Of a DNA stretch of 47,464 nucleotides, positions 19,146 to 25,579 are shown in pieces. Source of the DNA: a virus (taxonomy: Duplodnaviria > Caudoviricetes); IMG/VR virus record IMGVR_UViG_3300049919_000106, positions 1-47,464 of that record; one strand, 5' to 3'. A model generated the notes under the pieces. The model saw only the letters and a program-made list of their open reading frames with translations. It made no database searches and was not told the DNA's origin. The first letter of the stretch is position 1. Every line of letters begins with the position of its first letter. Position numbers and translations under genes: made by a program.

Positions 19146-19214
19146 AGGGATATTAAGGACTCGAACCTTACCTTCCTAGTAACTAGGCTTGCTAACCGCT
19201 AACACTACTATCCC
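19146..19214 (-). ncRNA. tRNA-like element with truncated anticodon arm
   Basis: GGGATA/TATCCC acceptor, D-loop AGCGGTT, T-arm TAAGG-TTCGAGT-CCTTA; anticodon arm only CCTAG-TTA-CTAGG. Confidence 0.65.
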
Positions 19215-19230
19215 GTAGATAGCTTGGCCA

Positions 19231-19245
19231 TGAAATGAATCAGAG
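19231..19245 (-). repeat. 15-nt direct repeat CTCTGATTCATTTCA, copy 1 (hairpin loop)
   Basis: Identical to 21297-21311; sits in the loop of an 11-bp ATGGTTTGGCC/GGCCAAGCTAT stem. Confidence 0.8.
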
Positions 19246-19260
19246 GGCCAAACCATATTA

Positions 19261-19428
19261 TTACTTCTTCTTCTCATTTTCCTCCTTCTTTGGAAGAACA
19301 CATCCCCTTCCTGTCCAGCAAGGGGTAGGCATTTTAACATGCTGCCCGTTACTGGGTCGGTGGAACTCGGTGACTGCGTGTGTTGCCACACAGCGGCCAC
19401 ACCTTGTACAATTAATGATCTTTCTCAT
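19261..19428 (-). CDS. small Cys-rich (Zn-finger-like) protein, GC-rich cassette gene 5
   Basis: MRKIINCTRCGRC...CWTGRGC; SD GGGAG 6 nt before ATG at 19428. Confidence 0.7.
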   Translation of the reverse strand: MRKIINCTRCGRCVATHAVTEFHRPSNGQHVKMPTPCWTGRGCVLPKKEENEKKK

Positions 19429-19441
19429 GCTGATCTCCCAA

Positions 19442-19750
19442 TCAAACGCATGTATCTTGCCGACACCACATGGCGAGCAAGTCATCTCGCTCGTCTACCA
19501 TGAAGACAAACTGCATCTTCAAGTTGGCGTCAAAAAGAATGAGCCACAGGCGGTCATTCTTCTCATCGTAGGTGGCAATGCACTCGACATTCCGCCAGCC
19601 CAGCTGAGGGACGTTGCATTGCTGATCAATGACGATCTGGTAGCTCATCACTTCGACCAGCAGACCTTGCGGCGGCTTGTCCATCTCCCCTACCGCAAAG
19701 GCAGAAAAGATAACGCCGAAGACAAACAACACAAACGCTTTCATCATCAC
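19442..19750 (-). CDS. secreted/membrane-anchored small protein, GC-rich cassette gene 4
   Basis: Signal-peptide-like MMMKAFVLFVFGVIFSAFA; SD AGGAG. Confidence 0.75.
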   Translation of the reverse strand: MMMKAFVLFVFGVIFSAFAVGEMDKPPQGLLVEVMSYQIVIDQQCNVPQLGWRNVECIATYDEKNDRLWLILFDANLKMQFVFMVDERDDLLAMWCRQDTCV

Positions 19751-19757
19751 AGTTCTC

Positions 19758-19949
19758 CTACGTCATTTCTGACTCAAGATGTATCAAGTAACTCCGCACA
19801 TAAGGTGGAATGGTCTGTTGAGTGCGAAAGGCAAGGACATCGCCACTCACATCAACATCTCGACCAAAAGACCAAACATGCGCCATACGGAAGAAGTGCC
19901 TGTCACTCACTCCCAACCGTTGTATTGCTGCACACAGACCGAGCAACAT
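19758..19949 (-). CDS. hypothetical protein, GC-rich cassette gene 3
   Basis: 63 aa; SD GGAGG 6 nt before ATG. Confidence 0.7.
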   Translation of the reverse strand: MLLGLCAAIQRLGVSDRHFFRMAHVWSFGRDVDVSGDVLAFRTQQTIPPYVRSYLIHLESEMT

Positions 19950-20094
19950 CTGGTTCCTCCGTAATTGGTGGCAGTACCTTCAAAGGCTCATAACCCTTGA
20001 GGCATGGGGTATGAACATGAAGCTGGTCTTCCAGCCGTATCAAGTTGGCTGGTTCCCAGAGTTCAATCTGTTTCCAGCAATGGCCGCATTTCAT
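19903..20094 (-). CDS. small Zn-finger-like protein, GC-rich cassette gene 2
   Basis: MKCGHC...HVHTPC; SD AGGAG 6 nt before ATG. Confidence 0.7.
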   Translation of the reverse strand: MKCGHCWKQIELWEPANLIRLEDQLHVHTPCLKGYEPLKVLPPITEEPDVARSVCSNTTVGSE

Positions 20095-20103
20095 GGTGTT
20101 CTC

Positions 20104-20322
20104 CTATAGGTTGTGACTGATTAAAAACGATTCTTCAGTGTGTTCTGGGTAAAGCGGTGCTTTCGCTTGCACCGTTTCACACTTCTTTGAGCAGCTCCCT
20201 GCTTCAGAGTGTGCGCCGTACCAGCCGCCCGTAACAGGCTTTTGGCAAACGCAACACAGGCCAACCACCTTCTCTTTGTAGTCATCTTGTACCTCTCGTA
20301 GGTTTTGGACTTTGCGTGACAT
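20104..20322 (-). CDS. small Zn-finger-like protein, GC-rich cassette gene 1
   Basis: CCVCQK...CSKKC; SD AAGGA 5 nt before ATG. Confidence 0.7.
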   Translation of the reverse strand: MSRKVQNLREVQDDYKEKVVGLCCVCQKPVTGGWYGAHSEAGSCSKKCETVQAKAPLYPEHTEESFLISHNL

Positions 20323-20334
20323 CTCAATCCTTGG

Positions 20335-20395
20335 TTGTTAAGAACATGGCGAGGGTATCTACCGCAGTAAATTTATGGGCGAACCCGACCCTCTC
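20335..20395 (-). promoter_or_regulatory. structured 5' leader (three-way junction) plus boxA-like motif
   Basis: GAGGGT/ACCCTC enclosing GGG-TTCG-CCC and TTTAC-TGCG-GTAGA; then TGTTCTTAACAA. Confidence 0.55.
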
Positions 20396-20402
20396 AAGTA
20401 AG

Positions 20403-20431
20403 ATCATATCACAAAGTACAAATAAATGCAA
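20403..20431 (-). promoter_or_regulatory. sigma70-type promoter of the GC-rich cassette
   Basis: TTGCAT-17nt-(TGa)TATGAT. Confidence 0.75.
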
Positions 20432-20475
20432 GTGGAAAACTCATTCAAATACATAAGTCTATTAATGTCAAGTAT

Positions 20476-20498
20476 AGAAAAACCACCCGAAGGTGGCT
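20476..20498 (-). terminator. intrinsic terminator
   Basis: GCCACC-TTCG-GGTGGT followed by TTTTCT on the minus strand. Confidence 0.85.
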
Positions 20499-20504
20499 AG
20501 TCTC

Positions 20505-20633
20505 TTAAACATCTTTAAATTCGTACCCATGCTGAGTAGCAAATAGATGTTCTGCATATTTAATATTCTCTATTTTGAACGGACTACCATTTCTTAGAAT
20601 AGTTGAACCTATCCTATCTTGGAACCATTCCAT
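20505..20633 (-). CDS. small hypothetical protein (42 aa)
   Basis: MEWFQDRIGSTILRNGSPFKIENIKYAEHLFATQHGYEFKDV; ends just before the terminator. Confidence 0.55.
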   Translation of the reverse strand: MEWFQDRIGSTILRNGSPFKIENIKYAEHLFATQHGYEFKDV

Positions 20634-20637
20634 CTCT

Positions 20638-20733
20638 TTAGCCCTCACACGAGAGACAAACACCATCTGGTGGGCCTCCTCCTGATCGACCAGTATCTTC
20701 TGTTGTCTCTTCTGGTTTTGTTTCTTCTGGCAT
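20638..20733 (-). CDS. 31-aa acidic peptide with C-terminal CxxC (VCLSCEG)
   Basis: MPEETKPEETTEDTGRSGGGPPDGVCLSCEG; tightly packed between neighbours. Confidence 0.6.
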   Translation of the reverse strand: MPEETKPEETTEDTGRSGGGPPDGVCLSCEG

Positions 20734-20738
20734 AATTA

Positions 20739-21149
20739 TTATTTATTCCAGCACCGAGCACTTGATTTCCAAGGCTGAGTACCTTGTGTTGCTAGTAGAT
20801 GTTTAGCATACTTCCAGTTACCTTCGGGTGTATAGATGTCTAATCCTAATTTCTTTGATGAGTTAAGATGATACTTAGTATTGATTTGGCACATGCCAAT
20901 ATCTTCTCCATAGATTGCTGGGGTATGTTTTCCCTTTAATGGGGTTACTCCATCCAGCTCATAATGGTTTACTGTACCTTTTCCATCTCCACTTTCACAT
21001 GAACATATTGCCAAGAGTAGATCATTGTCTAGCTTTGGCATCGGTGACACTACCTCCTCAATAACTTTCTCACTGGCTTCGATAACGGTTGCAGTTTCTG
21101 GAACCACACCTAATTCTTCGCCCTGTGCTGATAGCTGTGCTAGAGCCAT
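20739..21149 (-). CDS. lysozyme-like / lytic transglycosylase protein (true start likely upstream, ~21209)
   Basis: ICSCESG...DIGMCQIN...GNWKYAKHL...GTQPWKSSARCW; in-frame upstream signal peptide KKKLVAVTLIAALSIPL. Confidence 0.8.
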   Translation of the reverse strand: MALAQLSAQGEELGVVPETATVIEASEKVIEEVVSPMPKLDNDLLLAICSCESGDGKGTVNHYELDGVTPLKGKHTPAIYGEDIGMCQINTKYHLNSSKKLGLDIYTPEGNWKYAKHLLATQGTQPWKSSARCWNK

Positions 21150-21296
21150 CAGTGGTATAGATAGTGCAGCAATTAAGGTTACTGCGACTAGTTTCTTTTT
21201 ACTTAAAATAAGTTGTATTAGTTACCAATAGTGCCGATACCGCTACCATTACTGAGGCTGTCCACTCCTGGGGTTTACCTAATGTAAACTGTATTC

Positions 21297-21311
21297 TGAA
21301 ATGAATCAGAG
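21297..21311 (-). repeat. 15-nt direct repeat CTCTGATTCATTTCA, copy 2 (5' end of transcript)
   Basis: Identical to 19231-19245; forms TCTGA-TTCATT-TCAGA hairpin at the predicted TSS. Confidence 0.8.
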
Positions 21312-21316
21312 CGTTA

Positions 21317-21345
21317 ATTATATCACACTACAGGCAGTACATCAA
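21317..21345 (-). promoter_or_regulatory. sigma70-type promoter
   Basis: TTGATG-17nt-(TGa)TATAAT. Confidence 0.7.
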
Positions 21346-22195
21346 GACTTATGAGATCCCATGTATTGTTCTGTTGTAGATGAAAGATATCTAGCCCTTC
21401 GACTTTCCATCCGTGTTTCTTGAGTATTTCTGCATAAAAACTTAGTTGGTGTTGGTATTGTAGTACCTTCTTATCATTAAGCTCAGTGTTTGTTTTGAAG
21501 TCACCAATACGACATACTTTTTTACTACTGTCAATGATCTGTAGTCGATCTATTTGACCTGCACGTTTGTTTGCAATATCTGAAACCATCACTTCTGGTA
21601 GTGCATCTACGCCAAACTTGTCTACGAAGTCTAGTACAATGGCACGTAGGGTATCATTCTTTGGTAGTACGTAGTTGTAGTCAAGTTCTTTTACACCCTG
21701 GATCTTGTCACCAATCTCATGGTAAAGATGATATATCTCTAGGGCATTGTGTACAGATGTACCATAACTTGTAGAGATGTCACCATTTAGATCCCAGATC
21801 TTACCTAGTGCTTCGACATCGACTCCCCATGCTTTCGCTGTCTTTGGCAAGAGCATGTCCTTGTTGAACTTCGGTGATAGTGCTGCGGCGTAATGTGATC
21901 CAGAGAGAAGTCTATTCCCATCAAGGTCGGTATAGTAGTGGTCTGATCCTCTATCGTAGTAGAGAATTGTCTCCCCCGTAAAGGTGGAAATACGCTTAGC
22001 TTCATATGATCCATTAGCAACCTGTACATCTTTTGCAACAAGGGGTCTTTCACCGAACTTATCCCAGATGGATTGGATATGTATTTCAGCTTCCTGTTTA
22101 AGAGCTTGAATGTCATCACCTTCGAGTTCGATTGAGGGTTGAATATTACCATACTGGGTAGTTGGGATTACGGCGGTTAATTTGTATTTATACAT
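21323..22195 (-). CDS. PD-(D/E)XK nuclease (Cas4/RecB-like exonuclease)
   Basis: GTSVHNALE...PEVMV...AGQIDRL...IGDFKTN...YQHQLSFYA; ATG at 22195 preferred over the track start. Confidence 0.85.
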   Translation of the reverse strand: MYKYKLTAVIPTTQYGNIQPSIELEGDDIQALKQEAEIHIQSIWDKFGERPLVAKDVQVANGSYEAKRISTFTGETILYYDRGSDHYYTDLDGNRLLSGSHYAAALSPKFNKDMLLPKTAKAWGVDVEALGKIWDLNGDISTSYGTSVHNALEIYHLYHEIGDKIQGVKELDYNYVLPKNDTLRAIVLDFVDKFGVDALPEVMVSDIANKRAGQIDRLQIIDSSKKVCRIGDFKTNTELNDKKVLQYQHQLSFYAEILKKHGWKVEGLDIFHLQQNNTWDLISLDVLPVV

Positions 22196-22196
22196 A

Positions 22197-22418
22197 TTAC
22201 ATATTTTGGTGGATAAATTCCTCAAGTAGCTCTTCCATTTCCTTTCCTGTTATCTCTTCCAAACTTGCTGGTATTGCTGTGTTAAGGAACTCTGTAAATG
22301 TATGATTAGGTATGATCTTCCAGGCAGTACGTATTAGACTACATATTTTAGTAATGTCAAACTGCTCTCTATAAGAATCATCTTCTGGTTCTGTCTCATA
22401 TTCTTCTTCATCAATCAT
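22197..22418 (-). CDS. acidic hypothetical protein
   Basis: MIDEEEYE...; ATG overlaps upstream gene end. Confidence 0.6.
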   Translation of the reverse strand: MIDEEEYETEPEDDSYREQFDITKICSLIRTAWKIIPNHTFTEFLNTAIPASLEEITGKEMEELLEEFIHQNM

Positions 22419-22887
22419 GTATCTTATCTTTAAATGCTGATAATACTTCTTCTGATTCGACCTCATGTACCTTACTTAGATTACCTGTCTCATTGCACTT
22501 TTTCATGACAAGGTAAGAGTAGGTGCGTTCTCCTTTTTCTTCTGTAACTAGATCATAGTAACGATCTCGGAAATCCTTAATAGATAGTGTCTTGGCGGCG
22601 TAAAGTATCTCTTCGTCAACCTCTCCCATCTTAAGGATTAATTTAGCATTTGCTTTTGGCATTCCCATGTAATCTATCACAAAGAATGTTTCTGCTATAC
22701 CTAGTAGGAAGTTTGCTTCTGTAGTAGACAGAGCAATCTCTGGTTGTGCGATAAAGTCATGCCAAGTATTAATACCTTCTCCAACTAGATCACGGTAGGA
22801 TGATTTAGCTTCAAGTAATAATCTACCTAGAGCTATTTCATTCTCCCTGTAATTTCTAATCGTTAGAACTAAGTCTTTAAAAGTCAT
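22411..22887 (-). CDS. hypothetical protein
   Basis: 158 aa ORF coupled to neighbours. Confidence 0.7.
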   Translation of the reverse strand: MTFKDLVLTIRNYRENEIALGRLLLEAKSSYRDLVGEGINTWHDFIAQPEIALSTTEANFLLGIAETFFVIDYMGMPKANAKLILKMGEVDEEILYAAKTLSIKDFRDRYYDLVTEEKGERTYSYLVMKKCNETGNLSKVHEVESEEVLSAFKDKIHD

Positions 22888-23278
22888 CTGTAGGATCTGG
22901 GATTACTTCTGCTGGTAAGAGTGATTTAAGTTGAGATTCTACTGTAGCTAGTCTAGCATAGATATCTGCAACTACAGCATCATTACTCTGGCTTGTATGG
23001 GCAGGTGTGGGTGCTGATTCATCTCGTACTACTTTGAAGTTAAGATACTTACCTTCCTTCTGAGTAATAGCAATGTTTACCTTGTCACCCTTCTTCCAGC
23101 TTTCTGTACCGTTGTTAGTAAGAGCAACCATACCATTAAACCAACGATCATTTACTGGGATCTCTGTACCATTGATATCAAATACCTTAGACTCCACGAT
23201 CTTAAGTCCGATCCGTTGTTTCATCCCGTACTGTGTCTCTTTCTCCTCTCGATTAATACCGTCAATAGTTACCTGCAT
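22877..23278 (-). CDS. putative ssDNA-binding (OB-fold-like) protein
   Basis: Beta-rich N-terminus (WKKGDKVNIAITQKEGKYLNFK) and acidic-Phe C-terminal tail (PDPTDDF). Confidence 0.5.
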   Translation of the reverse strand: MQVTIDGINREEKETQYGMKQRIGLKIVESKVFDINGTEIPVNDRWFNGMVALTNNGTESWKKGDKVNIAITQKEGKYLNFKVVRDESAPTPAHTSQSNDAVVADIYARLATVESQLKSLLPAEVIPDPTDDF

Positions 23279-23281
23279 ATT

Positions 23282-23677
23282 TTATTTTCCTCTCTTATTT
23301 AAATAATGAATTTCTTTAGCAATTTGATCTCTTTCTTCTTTAACTTTTTTATCTATCTTTACTGGGCCTAAATTATTCTTGACTAATTTTCTATACTTAA
23401 TAGCTAATTCACATTGTTTCTTTTTAAGAAATAGGTGAGGTAATATTAACTCTAAAAAATCGTCATTTTTATATAGATGCCAACCATATGCTTGTTTTGC
23501 ATTTATGTTTTTACTTTTTCTTGCATACACATGTCCACCATAGATACTTTGAAATAAGTCTAGTATTTCTTTATTTGTATTAGTGACACAACATTGTACA
23601 TTTTGACTCCTACCTGAACCAGCCGTGGTAATACTACCCTCACCATCAAAAAAACCTGCTACATACTCTATTGTCAT
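23282..23677 (-). CDS. LAGLIDADG homing endonuclease, free-standing, single motif
   Basis: EYVAGFFDGEGSI...ILPHLFLKKKQ. Confidence 0.9.
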   Translation of the reverse strand: MTIEYVAGFFDGEGSITTAGSGRSQNVQCCVTNTNKEILDLFQSIYGGHVYARKSKNINAKQAYGWHLYKNDDFLELILPHLFLKKKQCELAIKYRKLVKNNLGPVKIDKKVKEERDQIAKEIHYLNKRGK

Positions 23678-23738
23678 TTAATCTGTTGTTACTATAGCCA
23701 TAAGTTATTATTTAAAATTTTTATTCTGCATCTAAGTG

Positions 23739-23767
23739 AGTGTATCACATTCTATTAATAATTGCAA
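23739..23767 (-). promoter_or_regulatory. sigma70-type promoter
   Basis: TTGCAA-17nt-(TGa)TACACT. Confidence 0.65.
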
Positions 23768-23796
23768 CTAGTCAAGTCTGATTTCTTGTGGTGTAA

Positions 23797-24042
23797 TTAA
23801 CCGAACTCTTCTAGTATCTGTTTCTTATCAAAACCCATATGGATTAAGAAGTCTACTGCTCCATTGCCCTGCTTGCCACATCCATAGCACTTGAATCCGT
23901 TATCCTCAAACAAAGAGAATGATGGCGAGCTATCATTATGGTCTGGAAAAGGGCAGCAAATCTGAATCCTTCTCCTATTACAAGCTATTCCAAGTAATTC
24001 ATGTATTGATTTACTTCTGGCTTTGTCCCATGATTTATCCAT
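23797..24042 (-). CDS. stand-alone primase zinc-binding (CHC2) domain
   Basis: CCPFPDHNDSSPSFS...FKCYGCGKQG. Confidence 0.85.
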   Translation of the reverse strand: MDKSWDKARSKSIHELLGIACNRRRIQICCPFPDHNDSSPSFSLFEDNGFKCYGCGKQGNGAVDFLIHMGFDKKQILEEFG

Positions 24043-24109
24043 AGATATGTCTTAGGTAGATAAGTAGTGCTGATAAGATTAACATGAGCCATGTTAGTTT
24101 ATCTTCCAT
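24035..24109 (-). CDS. 24-aa hydrophobic peptide
   Basis: MEDKLTWLMLILSALLIYLRHIYG; overlaps helicase stop (TAATG) and the zinc-finger gene start. Confidence 0.45.
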   Translation of the reverse strand: MEDKLTWLMLILSALLIYLRHIYG

Positions 24110-25563
24110 TAGAAATCATACGGATCAATTACAGTACCGTATGTACCAACCTCTTGATTAACATTAAAGGTATGTACACCCATCTTACCTTTATTCTTTG
24201 CTACATCCACATCAATCTTACCTGGCTCTGGGGAAGAAAGAAGTACAACACATTCTGGATCTTGATAAACAGAGGAACTTCCCTTGAGGTCTTTAATATT
24301 TGGCCTCTTATTAGCGACTGCACCGCCTTCTCCCTTGCGTAAATGGGTAACAACGATCATCACTACACCTGCCTCCATTGCGAGGCTCTTAAGCGATTGT
24401 AGGGCCTCTGCTGTCTCTTTATTCTCATTACGACCCGTTGATCTAACCATGTAATCAAGATGGTCTATGATAACTACGTGGGTATTAAAGATACGCTTTG
24501 CTTTTCGGATTGTATCCTCTACCTCATCACGCTTCGGCATAGCAAAGTAGGTAGGTAAGTCAATGAACTTATTTATTAGCTTCTCCCATTCATCCTTAGT
24601 TGTGTACTGCATAGCCTCTGCTGTTTTGTCAAATAGGATCTGTAGGAATCTCTTACCTACACTGACGATACCTCTTTCAAACGGCATGATAAGGGATGGT
24701 ATACCCTTAAGCCCTAGCTCCTTAGCAATATTTAAAACATAACCTGTCTTTCCAATATTGGTTTCACCCGAAACAACTATTAGCCAATCATTCTCTACAC
24801 GGACATTTGGCAATAGGCGAAACTCCATAACTTCCCTCTGATCCTGCATCATTTCTAGGATAATATCACCGACATTCTTAAACTCGTATGAGTAATATGG
24901 TGTGCTATTCTTAATGATGGCTAGAAAATCCTCTCTAGTATGCTTCTTGAAAAACTCATTTGCATCCTTGACATCTACTGGATACTTTACTTCAAAAGAT
25001 TTCTCTACTCCTACTCGTTCGGCAAGTTGGAAAGCTGTCTTCTTACCTGGCTCATCATTGTCGTAGGCTACATAGACTCGTGGGATTGTGTCAATCATCT
25101 CTAGCCATACTCCATAGCTGTCCTTACCACTGGCTGGTGATATAACATTCTTTACTCCGTTCTGGTAGCATGACATTAGATCGAACTCACCTTCCACAAT
25201 CAATACTCCACCTTTCTGTTTAGCATGTTCTATACCCTTGTCGTGGTAGATCCATGTCTCTGCGCCTGACTCTGAGGTATAGCGTACTTTGTCTGGCTTA
25301 AGAAAGCGATACTTGATATTGATTAGTTCCTCTCCTTTGAAGATTGGTATTGCAACGGCATCCCTACCGCTATCATACCCTAGATTGAAGTGATCTATAG
25401 TCTCCTGTGAGAATCCTCTTTCGTTCTTAAGGTATGTCATAGCCTCAAGACCTGCATCACTACGCAATGCTTCTACCATGGTGTCAAGCTTCTCTCTTGG
25501 TGGGCGTTTGTACTCTCTACCAAGTGTTTGCCTTACTGATTTTATTTGGTCTGTTATTGACAT
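24109..25563 (-). CDS. TOPRIM primase-SF4 helicase (T7 gp4/Twinkle-like) lacking N-terminal Zn finger
   Basis: IVEGEFD, YDNDEPG, KDANE; GETNIGKT, IIDHLD, VTHLRK, DLKGSSSVYQD, KNK. Confidence 0.9.
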   Translation of the reverse strand: MSITDQIKSVRQTLGREYKRPPREKLDTMVEALRSDAGLEAMTYLKNERGFSQETIDHFNLGYDSGRDAVAIPIFKGEELINIKYRFLKPDKVRYTSESGAETWIYHDKGIEHAKQKGGVLIVEGEFDLMSCYQNGVKNVISPASGKDSYGVWLEMIDTIPRVYVAYDNDEPGKKTAFQLAERVGVEKSFEVKYPVDVKDANEFFKKHTREDFLAIIKNSTPYYSYEFKNVGDIILEMMQDQREVMEFRLLPNVRVENDWLIVVSGETNIGKTGYVLNIAKELGLKGIPSLIMPFERGIVSVGKRFLQILFDKTAEAMQYTTKDEWEKLINKFIDLPTYFAMPKRDEVEDTIRKAKRIFNTHVVIIDHLDYMVRSTGRNENKETAEALQSLKSLAMEAGVVMIVVTHLRKGEGGAVANKRPNIKDLKGSSSVYQDPECVVLLSSPEPGKIDVDVAKNKGKMGVHTFNVNQEVGTYGTVIDPYDF

Positions 25564-25579
25564 TTGAAAATCTTATCTA

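Noticed and set aside
19146-19214. Ochre (TTA anticodon) suppressor tRNA / genetic recoding
   Set aside because: Loop is a 3-nt triloop without U33/purine 37 context; genes read cleanly in code 11 with TAA as the main stop
19235-19993. 252-aa plus-strand ORF across the GC-rich cassette
   Set aside because: Antisense shadow of four SD-led minus-strand genes; no SD or promoter, unnatural composition; long stop-free antisense frames are expected at higher GC
21323-22195. Cas4 as evidence of a CRISPR-Cas system
   Set aside because: Generic phage PD-(D/E)XK nuclease; no Fe-S cysteine set, other cas genes or array
23282-23677. Group I intron or intein hosting the LAGLIDADG ORF
   Set aside because: Only 0-3 nt of flanking non-coding sequence, so no room for a ribozyme core; the ORF has its own start and stop
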